From NCBI GenBank assembly GCA_013265495.1, contig MU062380.1, positions 7,134,542 to 7,198,541 of the forward strand: DNA of 64,000 nucleotides, written 5' to 3'. This DNA comes from Vicugna vicugna (taxonomy: Eukaryota). The notes beneath the pieces were generated by a model. That model ran no database searches. It worked only from the letters and a program-made list of their open reading frames with translations, and was not told the origin of the DNA. The position numbers were made by a program, and so were the translations under genes. The number at the start of each line of letters is the position of its first letter. Position 1 is the stretch's first letter. Below, piece after piece: positions 26,150 to 38,389 of the stretch.

Positions 26150-26650
26150 AAGTTTGGCGTGTGGGAGGCTGCTGGGGAGATGTTACCGCAGGCGCAGGCA
26201 CGTTACCTGATTGAAGTTGCTGTGAACTGACAGTGAATGGAGGAGCTTTCTTTGATAGCTCTTTCATTTCGGGTGCAGCTGGATTTAAAAAAAAAAAATT
26301 TTTTTTTTCCTCCCGAGGCAGTATCTTGACAGGCATTACACTGTTTGGTTAAACCCTTGCTGGTAACTCTTTAAGCCCCTCTTCTAGATGGTGAATATGC
26401 TAGGCGTCAGGTGCAGCTGGAGAGCAGTGCTGACCACGTGCTGGCAATGGCACTGCGAAGTCTCTTAAAGGATGGGGGTGGTGGGGGACACCGGATGGAA
26501 AGCTGGCTGAAACATGCTGGCTGGAAAAGGTAAGTGCTGATTTGGAGGGTGCCTAAAAGAGCCAGCATGTGCCGGGAGCACTCTACTTAGGAAAAGGGAG
26601 AGTAGAACTGGAATTCCAAAGGTGCACCAGGCCCCGCCCATTTCCCCTGC
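26150..26650. promoter_or_regulatory. GC/CpG-enriched promoter- or enhancer-like element
   Basis: NRF1-like cgcaggcgca (26187-26196), CACGTG (26435-26440), CAGCTG boxes and GC box ccccgccc near 26632. Donors on both strands (26207 minus, 26529 plus). Confidence 0.45.
26207..26278 (-). other. Candidate 72-nt exon (or 3' part of a first exon)
   Basis: Acceptor t-tract aaatccag|CTG and donor CAG|GTAACG. One frame reads APEMKELSKKAPPFTVSSQQLQS, which I do not recognise. Confidence 0.3.
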
Positions 26651-26702
26651 ATTTGGATTAGTAAGGAAAAGCCACCCTTCAGAATTAAACTAAAATATGA
26701 AA

Positions 26703-27136
26703 TCTTTAAGGGTTGCTAGGCTGCCATCACAGAGTGCCACAGACAAGGTGATATGAACCACAGAAATTTATTTTCTCACAGTTCTGGGGGTCAGAAATCT
26801 GCATCAGGATATCAGCAGGGCTGGATCCTTGAGGGATATGAGGGAAGGATCTGTTCCAGGCCTCCCTTCTTAGCTTTTTTTTTTTCCTCCCTGTGTCTTC
26901 ACCTCATCTTCCCTCTGTATGTTTTGTGTCCNNNNNNNNNNNNNNNNNNNNNNNNNNNNNNNNNNNNNNNNNNNNNNNNNNNNNNNNNNNNNNNNNNNNN
27001 NNNNNNNNNNNNNNNNNNNNNNNNNNNNNNNNNNNNNNNNNNNNNNNNNNNNNNNNNNNNNATTTCAACATACGAATTTGCCAGGGCAGCGGGTGGGGGG
27101 TGCAGGGGCAGACCCCACACGATTCAGCCTCAGACA
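26703..27136 (-). mobile_element. ERVL-MaLR solo LTR (MLT1B/C type), partly N-masked
   Basis: cagaaatttattttctcacagttctggggg...gggaaggatctgttccaggcct...atttcaacatacgaattt. Confidence 0.8.
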
Positions 27137-27429
27137 GTAGGGGATACAAATCTTCAGTTTGGTGTGGGGCATGTTTAACCAGCTCAGCATGGTTTAGAGC
27201 CTGAAACACTAGCTCCCTGTAGACACTCTTTCTGTTTCTGTGGCCACCAGAACATTTCATGGAGTGTCTCTCTCTGTGAGTGGGGGACCTTTCATTCATG
27301 GTCAGATCATTGGAGTCCCATGGCATTCTACCTAAATTCCAGATTGCAATAAGGCAATGAGTTCAACTTGTTGAAATAGATCTATAATAATAGCAGAAGT
27401 AATAGTACTAGCAATGATAAAATTGTAAC

Positions 27430-27665
27430 AGCAGTTACCTTTTAGCAAGTGTTTACTTTGTGCCCGTCTCAATGCCAAATACTTCTATGTATTATCTCAT
27501 TTCGGCCTCATTACAAACCTATGAGGTAGACAGAATTATCAACATATTATTATAGATGAGGAAATGACGGCACAGAGAGGCTACGTATCTGGTCCAAGTT
27601 CAAAGGGTTAGTTAGATGCAGAGCTGTGTTCTGCCTAAACCAATTGCCATGCTCTTAATTGCTAC
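27430..27665 (-). mobile_element. MIR
   Basis: acaaacctatgaggtag...atagatgaggaaatgacggcacagagagg. Confidence 0.7.
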
Positions 27666-28579
27666 ACTTTCTTAATGGGACAAACCATTTCCTAAATCAG
27701 GTTTTTAAAACTGTCTTTTAATTACAAAATCCTCTATTTTTCTTACATTGAGCTCTATTATATTGCACAGATATACAATATATAAGTCAGGAGAGGGATA
27801 CAGAACCTGTCCATGCTGTCTCTCCATCTTCTTGGCGTATCTATTCATTTGAAAACCACAGCCCCACAGCCCAGATCATGCCTTAAGTCCTTCCACTTTT
27901 GGAATCTCTTCCTTGAAAGCCTTGAACCCTGTCTCATCTGCTCTGATTTCCTTCTCTTCCCTCTAAACCTTATATGTCTGTATCTTGCTCAAGAAAGACT
28001 CTGGGGCTAGAATCCATAATAACTTGCCCAATGTATTTTATGCAGCCCTTAAACTAGATTATTAGTGGCATCTAGTTACAGAAATAAAATACCGAGGCCA
28101 AATTAAGAGCATAGAATATTGTAGATTATTGCTAAGGAGAATATAAGCATCTAGGTCGAGAGACCTTTCTAGAACCTGTATCCTAAATACAGAATGTGGT
28201 TTGCTGAGGAAGGAGAGGGAGCGATTATAAGGCACCCCTCCAGGTCTAACGCTGGGTGCTCAGCGTGGGATTTATCGTTTATTCCCTGTAGGCCATGAGG
28301 AGGCCTGCACATCTCCTGGCCTCACTTCTACCAGCTTCCCCTGACAATAGGAACGCCCAGAAATTGATCTCATTCAAGGGGAAAAGTTGTTTCATTTGGA
28401 GATAAAAATAAGAAAAGCGCTTAACGCTTCACTTGCTGAATCGTCTGCAGGAAAAACAGCCTTTGCAGCTACCCGTCTACAGAAACGAATCCTGCTACGG
28501 AATATTATCTTCTCATCCTCTCTGCCATATGTTCAGGCAATCTGTGTTTCACAGTCTATATTAATGCACTGAGTCAGAG

Positions 28580-28710
28580 GCAGTGGGGTTCAGTGGGCCA
28601 AGCAACAGCCTGGAAAATGGAGGGGTGTGAGTTCTAATTCTGTCCTTCCCCCCAGCTTGCCGGCTGACCTTCAGGGAAGTTGCATCAGCTTCATGCTGCC
28701 CTCCATTTCC
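28580..28710 (+). mobile_element. MIR fragment
   Basis: gtgagttctaattctgtcc...gctgaccttcagggaagttgcatc. Confidence 0.5.
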
Positions 28711-29526
28711 TGCTCAGTTGTCACACATGACTTACAATGTCTGAGCAAACTGAGGAAAATACTAACAATGTTGGTATTCCACAAATATCTTTGAAGCTTT
28801 TAAGTGCCCTCCCTTTAAAATCACTGTTCTGAACCCAACAAAGATCCTTAAAAAAAAGATTCCTACCCTTCAGTCATTTGTTATCTAGTTGTGAAATATT
28901 TATAAGATTTGTTAGAATCAAATCTCAATACAACACCTCAGATTCTTCATAAAATGATCCAAAGTATGTATGTATACATATACATAAGAATGAATACACA
29001 CAAAAGTAATTACTTTCATCTCAAAAACAGTGTAACAGGCTCAGAAATGGTTATTACTACATCCCTGGCAATAGTAGAGTTTTCCTTACCCTCTCCCTTT
29101 CAGGGGCCAAAGGAGCTCCCTGCCCCTCTCACCCTGCTCTTGGGCAACTTGAGCACCACATACCTGAAAGTATTGGACAAAAGATGGGGGCGACATAGAG
29201 GTAGTAGGCAAGGACCTTCCATAACGAGGTGATGATTGTTACAGCTGGAAATCATATAGTTTAGGAGAGTGTTTTTGAAAGCTCTCCTCTATAAGAGGGT
29301 CACCATGTCTTGCAGAAAAAGGTATGGTCTTGCCGTATACACTAAACTACAAGGATGTTACCAGGGCTTTGAGATAGAAGCAACTGAGTCATTATGTTCA
29401 CTGAAATTACACCACACAGGCATTTGAAACTGATATGAAAAAAAATTCCTCAGCCCCTTTGTCCTGACATAGAACTCACAGTTTTGACATATTTGTCAGG
29501 TAATGGCAAAAAATATTGGTAAATTA

Positions 29527-29652
29527 TATGGTATTTTTCTTTCCCTTTCTAGCTTGCTTCACTCAGTATGGTAATCTCTAGGTCCACTGTGCTGTACACC
29601 AGAAACTAACACAACATTGTAAGTTGACTATACTTGAATTAAAAAAAAAAAA
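29527..29652 (+). mobile_element. Very short 5'-inverted L1 3' end with poly(A)
   Basis: Antisense L1 piece (29527-29585) joined to the sense tail ctgtgctgtacaccagaaactaacacaacattgtaag...A12. Decayed TSD at 29508-29526 and 29654-29671. Confidence 0.8.
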
Positions 29653-31313
29653 CAAGAAAACTGGTGAATTAGCTATTGTCCCCTGTGTTCCTGGGAGGGT
29701 CAGATGGTTCTGTCCAGTTGCCACAGGTGTATTTGGGCTTAGGTCTTCACAAAGAAGAAATTAAAAATAAAAAGTAAATATATCGGTGATAGTTCCTCCA
29801 GACACTTAGGAAGAAGTCTGGGGACAGGATAGAATTGACAAGGTTTCACTGAATGTTAGGTGGGTCAATGGCCACAAAGTGCTCAAGTTAATAATTTGCT
29901 AAACAGGCTCTGTTTCCAGTATAAGCCATTTACACAGTTGCTTGTATCCCTTGGGAATGAATGTCATGTGGAATGGATCCTGCATCAGTAGAGCTTCCTG
30001 GTGTTCTCATATGAGCTCTGACCTCTTATGGGTACTAGACTTCTTCAGATAAAAATGTCAGGCACCTATTGCCCATTATGAGTATCTTTATCCCTCACAA
30101 ATTACTCAGATAATTTAAGTTTCTGTAAGATATTAACACAAAAAAATGGAGATAGCTTCAGGGTACTCAAAACATAATTGGACAATTGTAAATGTCTAAG
30201 ATATTAATTTTGATCGTAAATGTTTCTTAGGGCTACATTCAGACTGGGCCTCTCAAAAAGCTGAATTAAAGTAGGTTTACAAGTTCCAGAAGGCTTATGG
30301 CATCTGAAGGGTATTGGACTGACTTCTTTGAGAAGTCTGTAAGGGGAGTTGGGGACTAAAGGCATCTTTAATCCAAGGAACATGTGAAGATTCTTATGTG
30401 CTAGAGTTAAATCTAGATTGATATATTTTATTGGAAAGTAGCTAAAGAATTGCAAAGGTTTTAACTATAAGTCCCCAACATTTTCTTTCCCTTTTTGCCT
30501 TTTGGATTTCTTCTATCGTGGAAGCAAGCTGACATGGACCTAAATCCAAATCTTCAGTGAATCTTTCATAAGGGATATCTTTAGAACATGAGTATCTTCT
30601 ACCAAAAAATGTTTCCTATCTAAGAATAGAGGTGGGCAGGCAGCTGGATGTCAGGAGTCAAGTAAAGTCTATGGTGCAGAAATAGTGGATTTAGCAGGGT
30701 TAGACACTCATTGGTGTCAATCGGGCAAGCCAGATTGCCAGATCTGAAAATATCACAAACATTAAGAAGCATTTCTCCTCTGTGCATTCAGGTCATTTGG
30801 AAGTGACTAGCTGAACTACAATAGAAGATGCTCTCTTTTAGGGTTATTTTTCCATAATGACAGAGTCACTCATTCGTAGATAGGACTCCTACTACATAAG
30901 ATCTTTCTTGCACAACTCTGTATGCAGGTGCAGGCTCCAAACTCCTGATCTCAGATACTTCAGTGCTTTGCTGAATCTTCCCCTCCGGTCAGATTGTAAG
31001 TTTTCCAATATAGCTATATGGAGATGATAATCATGGAAGAGGTCACAAGCTCCTCCTGAAAGTTACTGCAGAGGTTCTTAAGTCTCCAGGTGAAGTTCTG
31101 GGCAAGAAGGTATATCACTGTTGCCAACGTTTGAACTGAGTTACACCCGATATATGACACAGTTTAATTTTTCCTCCTTGGCAGTAGTTTGAATTTTCTA
31201 ATAAAACTCTTGAAAAAAAGACCTGATGCTGGTCTAATAAGGGTATTGGGGATTTATGCAAGGATTTTACTCCTTTGACCTGCTCAAGTAGTTGAATAAA
31301 AGAGGCCACTCAC

Positions 31314-31380
31314 CTTTTCAGAATCAGTAGGATTCACATTGGAGATTTGTGTTGGAGGCAACTCGAGTTACATAAGCTCC
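31314..31380 (-). other. Candidate 67-nt non-coding exon
   Basis: Donor AAG|GTGAGT; acceptor cctgccttcttggctggtcag|G. Stops in all three frames. Confidence 0.25.
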
Positions 31381-31541
31381 CTGACCAGCCAAGAAGGCAG
31401 GATGTAGGTTCCATCAGAGCAGCAAGAAGAGAGACTTCCCTTTGTTGCAGTTGTTCTTACAAAGTGCCTGGCTCATTCCAGCGTATGCCTCAGATCTCAA
31501 CTGAGGTAGCATTTTTTCCAGAAAGTTTTATCTGATAGCAT

Positions 31542-31571
31542 ACACACAACACACACACACGCACACACACA
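31542..31571. repeat. (CA)n microsatellite, interrupted
   Basis: acacacaacacacacacacgcacacacaca. Confidence 0.9.
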
Positions 31572-31639
31572 GAGCTGCTTGCTGGGTTAGCACTCCTTCT
31601 CCCACTGACAATATTACAATGACTTTCTAAAATATCTTC

Positions 31640-31770
31640 TCCCATTCCCAACTGTAAGTTCCCTCAGGTTAAGTACCATGCTGCTTATGTTCATTGTTAA
31701 TATAGTGTCTAGTCTACAGTAGATGCCTAATGAATACCTATAAATGGATGGGTTAAAGGAATGAATGAAG
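31640..31770 (+). mobile_element. L2 3' end
   Basis: ctgtaagttccctcagg...cagtagatgcctaatgaatac...gaatgaatgaa. Confidence 0.6.
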
Positions 31771-32772
31771 TCTGATACCACTTCTATTTTTGTAGGATTC
31801 AGACATGGTCTACTGAGCTGTTTTAGTAAAGAAGTTATTAGGAGTAAGCCAGGAACATAGATAAAACAATTATAATTCTAGAGAAGTAGCCAAAAAAAAA
31901 AAAACACAGATAAATCCCATTCAAGATGCAAAGATTGAGCTTCAGGTCAAGATTTATCAGCCAGTTATAAGATAAAATATCAGAAACATTAAGAAGTAAA
32001 CAGGTAGAAGGGCAAAGCCACAATCAAGTACAGAAGGCCTGGAATAAAGTACCAAGTACCAAGGACCGGGTGGATTCATAAAGTTAGGAACCAGCAGAAG
32101 CCAATCTGGCAGCAGGATATGATGCACTGAAGAGGAAAAATTATGGAGCTGCTTTAAAAGACTGAGTCAGTGTCTTCCTCTTTGATCAAAGACTGTCATA
32201 AAGGTAGAGCATCTAATAAATGCTGGACTCTAGTAAAAGAACACCTTTTCTTTGCCAGCCATCTTAAAGTCATGTATCTTATTAAAAACACATTGCCCTT
32301 ATATTCTAGTCTATATTTGGTCCTGACATTGAAAGATCTTGGCTTTAGTGCAGCTAGAGCCATGTTCTATCTCAGTGCTGCAGCTGATGTGTCTAAGAGG
32401 AACATTTTCCCCAGTCCTCTCTCTCTCTGCATTTGCCTTGTCCATTTCAACTTATCTGGCCCTGTGCTGAATACATCCCTGCATATTTAGAACTTGGTAT
32501 TCTTGCTCCCCATGGCAGTATCCCTATACCTATATATTTGGAGAAACAGGCAGGCCCATTTCATTCCTTCTGTATTACCTCACAGAGCTAAGGACATGAA
32601 TGCCTGAGGGTGGGGGAGTAGGTGCAAGGCCCTGTCCTTCAGTGAAAGCCCATTGTGGTTTGTCTGCAGTAAAGCTGTGCTCCCACGTTGGTTGCCTACT
32701 GCAGTCCAGATGCCAGAGATGGATGGGGAGAAGTTGCAGATCTTCCAAACAGGGAGGCTCAGAAAATTAAAT

Positions 32773-32810
32773 GAAGGAAGGAAGGAAGGAAGGAAGGAGG
32801 AAGGAAGGAA
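32773..32810. repeat. (GGAA)n microsatellite
   Basis: gaaggaaggaaggaaggaaggaaggaggaaggaaggaa. Confidence 0.95.
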
Positions 32811-32984
32811 CAAATATTCATCAAGCACCTTATAAATATAATATGTCAGCTGAGAAAAAGAAAGAGGGATTGGAGGATAAGACAGAAAATAATTAAAAAG
32901 CAAAAGAACAAGATATTCTTAGATTATTAGATGTGATACAGAAGAAGTGAAGTAACTAGGATGATGTAAGAAAAGGTCAAGGGC

Positions 32985-33300
32985 TCAGGAATGATTGCTT
33001 TAGCGGAAGAGCTCAGGGACTCCCTGTCACAGAAGGAGACGTTTGACCTGAGACCTAAAAGGTAAGAATGGACCAATCAGGGGAAGAAGCAGGCAAAGGG
33101 CATTCCAGGCAGGGGGATCAGGAGGACCAACAGAGGCCCCAGAGCAGGCAAGGACTAAAGAAATAGAAAGCTGGACAATGTGGGTGAAACACTGGGAAGA
33201 AGCCACCTGCCAAAATAAGACTTTGGAGGGTGGGCAGAGGCCAGGTGCTGCAAGGACTTGTAGGCCAAGGTAAGGAGTTATGCATATTTCATCGTCTTCC
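32985..33300 (-). mobile_element. L2a fragment
   Basis: gacgtttgacctgagacctaaaagg...gggcattccaggcaggggga...ttgtaggccaaggtaaggag. Confidence 0.7.
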
Positions 33301-33924
33301 CATTTTATTAGGATTCTTTGCAACCTTACCCTTGTTAAGTGTTAAGTCTCTTCTAGGTCATATTTATGGTGGCTCCACTACTGTTAGCAGAGTTTGCTAG
33401 CTAAAACACTGAGCTCATTTATCCTGATGAGGGAAAGGTTGGGGGAAAAGAAACCGCAGTGGGAGAGATTATTGCAGAAAACCCCAAAGTGCTGCGCTAA
33501 AAGGGAGTTTATATTTGACTGATCATAGTTTCATGTACATATAAACATAGACAACATTACTCTTTCATCCCATTAAATTTGTCTCACCGATCAGTTTTGC
33601 TAATTAACACCGGTCTGATTCCACTGCATACATACACTGGGATGTGTAGAAAATGGCTTGGTGAAAATTTGTTAGAAAATCAACTCAATGATCAAAGTTG
33701 ATTACACTCCTTTTTCAAAGATAAAATTAAGTAGAAGAGAAATGTATGAGGGGAAAATGGGCCGAATTGAATGAGGCAACCTGAGAATCAAACAGAAGGG
33801 ACATACCCTATGGCTGTCTCTACTGGAGCACAGGTGAGGTCCCATGGTTGAGAAGAGGCTCTTAATCACATTGAAAGAAGTTCTGATCCCCTCTCTACCA
33901 ATTACCAACCATCTCTATAACTGT

Positions 33925-34085
33925 GGATAAATTACTTCAGTTCTCTAACTCCCACTTTCTTCGTCTGTAACATGGGGTTAACAATGTTTTTGCATAGTGT
34001 TTTTGTAAAGATTAAATTAAATAATAAAGCACTTCACACAGAGACAGTATAAAATAAGCATCCAGTAATGGCTTCTGCTATGAGG
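33925..34085 (+). mobile_element. MIR
   Basis: ataaattacttcagttctct...tcgtctgtaacatgggg...gtaaagattaaattaaataa. Confidence 0.6.
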
Positions 34086-34849
34086 ATAATTGTCTTTATA
34101 TCTCAAATTCATTTAGTCTGTTGTTTTTTGATTTTATATACCTTGCTGTCACCTTATCCTCTTCCTAAATCTGTTCCACAAGAGATCAGGCCCTAAACAA
34201 GCTATTGAGCCTGAGAGAACACCCAAGACTTTGAATAAGCAGAGAAGAAGGGAGGTGGAGTATGAACTGGAAACCAAATGAATGAAATCTTCACTCAATA
34301 AAACCTTGTCTTTGTAATATGATTTGTTACTTAATAAGGATGTGTATTTTAAAATTCGTATCATTTCAACTAGGTTATCTTTATTGTTAAGACCCGTTCC
34401 ATAAAAGAAAGAAATGCTTTTGGACTTGACTATCTGACTCCAAGATTTTCTCTGTTTCATACTCAAATGCTACAGTAAGATGAACATCATCCTTCTGCAT
34501 AGCTCAGTCAAAGGCCCCACCCACACATAGATGTACTTTCTCTCTGAGCTTGCTCCTGAACACTCTCGTGAATGTGCAATCCTTGGACAGTCTCCTAACA
34601 GTGGCCCTCCCATCAGCCAGTTCGCGGCTTGGAGACTCCTGAGTAAGCTATTACGTGACAAGGAAGCACAGGAACGTGGCTGGTAGTATGTTAGCAGTTG
34701 AGGCTGGGTCATCACAAGTTTATCCTCTCTCAGTTTGTTCTGCTCTCCCACCAGTTCATTCACAAACACGTATCATACGTGATTGCCAGCTTGTCAGTTT
34801 GAATATAACCCTGTTAGAGGCATGGGTTATTAGGCAATTTTTAAAATTG

Positions 34850-37620
34850 TTTTTATAAACTTTAAATTAAATTATAATATACATACAATACAGATTAAAA
34901 ATCTTACACATTTTGATGCCTTTCCACAAGGTGAATATACTAGTGTTACCACATCCCATATCAAGAAATAATTTCCAGAAATTAACAGACACCCAGAGGA
35001 CCCCCTTGTGCCTTTCCTCAGTATTATCCCCCCCAAAAAGTAACCACTATTGTGACTTCTTCTTTTACCAGAAATAGGTTTTTTCTCTCTCTCTTTTTTA
35101 AATAAAATGGGATGCCCTAATATGTACTCTCTCATGTTTGGCATCTTTCAGTCAGTATTATGTGCATGTACAGTTTACATCATCATGTCATCTGCAAGTG
35201 ACAATTTTAGTTCTTCCTTTATCATTCTCATAACTTTCATCAATTTTCTTGCTTTATTGCCTTACCTGGGGCCCTCAGTATAGTATGATTAGAAGGGATA
35301 GCAGAAAACCTTGTCTCATTTCTTATTTCTAAAGGAATACTTTCAATAATTCATCATCAAATGTAATGTCTATTGTAGATGTTTGGTTGACCCCCCCCCC
35401 CCGACACCAGATTGAGAAAATTCCTTTCTATTCCTAATTGCAAAGAGTTTTTGTAATAAATGACTTACATCTTGTATCTTCTAGTTGCAATATTCCACAC
35501 TTTTATGTTAATATAATATTGTTATTTTATGCCATCATATTATTAAGTTTCCTCTTTGTCCCATCTATTTATTTTTTAGTCTTATTCCTTTCTCTTTTCA
35601 TACCTTCATTTGATTAATCATGTATTTAAAAACTATTCCACACTTGTTAATTTGCTCACTATACCCTTTCATAAAATATTCTTCTAATGGTTACCATAAG
35701 GATGGCAATGTGCATCTTTGACTATGTGCATCTTTGGCTTACTAGAATTTACTTTAAATTAGTATTTTTACCACTTCCCAGACAAAACAACCCTTTAACT
35801 ACATTTGCCTACCTCCCACCTCAATTTGATAGCATATTTTAATGTAACATATATCTTGAACATTGCAAGATATTATTGTTTTAAACTGTAGATACTCAGT
35901 TAGATTGACCATGCATCATCTTTTAGGATGCTCTTTATTTCTTTAGTGCTACTGTGCTTTGATATGGAATCATTTGCTTTCTGACTAAAGAACTCTTGCT
36001 TGTATTTTTTTGTTTGTGTAATGTTGTTCTCCTGCTGATAAATTTTCTCAGTTTAGTTTGGCAAAAAATTGCATTTTGCCTTCATCTTTTAATGGGTTAT
36101 TTCACTGGTATAGGGTTCTAGATTGATGGGTACTTTTCTTTAGCATTGAGTATTCAGTGCTTTAAAGATGGCATTCCATTGTCTTCTGCTTCCATGCTTT
36201 CTGTTTAGAATGTATCTGTCAGTCTTTTTGTTGCTCCTATGAAGGTAATGTGTCTTTCCCTGCTAAGTGTTTTAAAGCTTTCTATTTCCCTTTGATTTTC
36301 AGCAGTCATAGCATGATAATGATTAGATGTGGTTTTCTTAAATACCCACTTCTTAATGTTTATAGAGCTTCTATATTGATAGTTTGCTATCTTTTTTTCC
36401 TGTTGGGAATTTCTTGGTATCTCTTTAAATAGTGCTTCTGCTCTATTTTCCCTCCCTCTCTGCTTTGAGAACTTCAATTGAATTATGTAAACTTTCTATT
36501 GTGTTTCGTATCTCTTGTATACCCATTGCTGTATATCCTTTCATGAAACAAATTTCTCTCTGCTTAAATATGGATCAACCTGTCTTCTGGTGTCCCTACT
36601 CATTGTTATATCTGTCTTTTGAGGATTAGTTCAAATTCTGAGATTTCTAGTTTACTGTTTTTTTAAAGATTTCATTGCTTTAAGATTGTCCAAGTTGTCT
36701 TCTGTTTTCTTAAACACTAATTATAAGGTGTTAACTTCTACATCTGATAGCATCAATACGCAGATCACCTATTGGTCTGTTTTTTTGTGGAATGTTTTTA
36801 GATATATTTTGTCTTAGTCTCTGGTCATTGAATCCTGTTTCTTGTTATGTCTGGTAATGTTTTATTGGATACCAGAAATTATAATAAACAATACTACTTA
36901 GAGGCCTAGAGCGATGCTGTCTTCTTCCAGTAGGATTTGTTTTCTCACTCTGTAGCAGTTAGAGAATGGGCAGATCAAGTTGACCCAATCAAAGTTACTT
37001 TATTTCATGGTTGTTATTATACTTGGGGCATAGTCTTTCAAAGTTCTCAGCTGGAAGCGTATGCTGTTTAAAGGGCCCCTTACCAAGTTGGACTTTAATT
37101 ATCATGGCTCAGTACTATGAGAATGACAAAATCTCTGCTTAGATTTTCTACTCTCTTAGCAGCTATTTTCTTCCTGGTTTCTTGACATCTTGCCAATGCA
37201 TATACATCTTGTGGGGGAGACATATGCCTTAGGGAAAATCCCTTGCAGATCCCAAGACCATGGCTTCTCACATCCTAGCTACTTTGGTAGCACTATGTAT
37301 GTATATGTGTGTGTATGAATCTCCATTTCAGAGACTGCTGCTTTCTCTTGGCCTCTTTGCCCATACTTTGAATCAACAAATGTTCTAAAGGACAAAAAGA
37401 AAAACACAGCATAGCTGCAGATATGGGACTTACTTCAATCTCTGTCCTTCCTCTGGGATCTTACCCCTGACACACATTTCCAGCTATCTCCCTTGCTTTC
37501 TGATAAATTCGAAGAGTTTTGTCAGATATTTTAAAATTCAACTTCTATGATTTTTTTCAACAGAAGAGCTAATATAATACCAACTACTTTGTCATACATA
37601 GACATGGGTAGCCTCATAGC
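34850..37620 (-). mobile_element. Old L1 (L1MC/ME type) composite with ORF1 remnant
   Basis: 3' end at 34850-35160 (aagtaaccactattgtgacttc), then an ORF2 piece. ORF 36205-36477 (AEALFKEI...RERHITFIGATKRLTDTF) resembles decayed L1 ORF1p. Confidence 0.75.
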
Positions 37621-38091
37621 ATTAAGTTTCATATTGACTGTGAGGCTTTGTTCAATCAAAATGTATTAAATATGTAAGTAGAGTTTTCAGAGAATGTTCT
37701 GTTTAAAAAGCGTGACTTTAAAACAGCCTTTTCTTCAAACTCTCATTGTATTAAAAAACTTCAGCAGAATACACTAAAGTTGCCTTAACAAAGGATTTAG
37801 CTGCATTGAATAGGTGAGAATGTCAATAAGAACTCGAAAGTGAAGTTTGTTCTTGTTGATCCATCTGTGAATAGTTGAGGGGTATCTACCTGAGCAAGAG
37901 TTTCTCTAACAGCAAAGATTCTATTAATTGAAACTGTTTTTTAAAAGCTATTAAATAATTTTCTCTTCAAAGCCGAGGTCTGGTTTCTTCTAAAGCTTCC
38001 AATCACATTGTAAGAGAAAAGTTGTTGGACTCTAGGACCAGAGAAAATGATGGTAAGATATTTAAAATATTGCTGGTTATTCTGTTCAAGA

Positions 38092-38230
38092 CAGCATGAT
38101 GTAGCAAAAAGAATATTGCACTAGTATAAAGGTGATATGAGTCATAGTTCAGTGGCTCTGAAGCTTCAAAATTGCATGACCTTTGGTAAATACTTTGTCC
38201 TGACTCTCATCCTCTACATCTTTACAATAT
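38092..38230 (+). mobile_element. MIR fragment
   Basis: cagcatgatgtagcaaaaagaat...tgcatgacctttggtaaatact. Confidence 0.5.
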
Positions 38231-38389
38231 CTGAAGCCTAGTAGAGCCTAGAAACTTAAATCACAGTCTTCAGACCTACACATGGGAGACAGAGACCCAT
38301 AATTCCAGGCCTCTATATCTGAGTACCTAGTAGGACAGGTCCTTAGTCTGAGCCGTGATCTAGATGAATCCTAGAAATGCTTTCAGCAA

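Noticed and set aside
26753-27326. Several long ORFs (103-141 aa) around 26.9 kb, and similar ones at 3.5, 54.5 and 63 kb
   Set aside because: Their length comes from reading through N runs; they are artefacts.
36205-36477. 90-aa ORF as a host gene
   Set aside because: It is a decayed L1 ORF1p segment inside an old L1.
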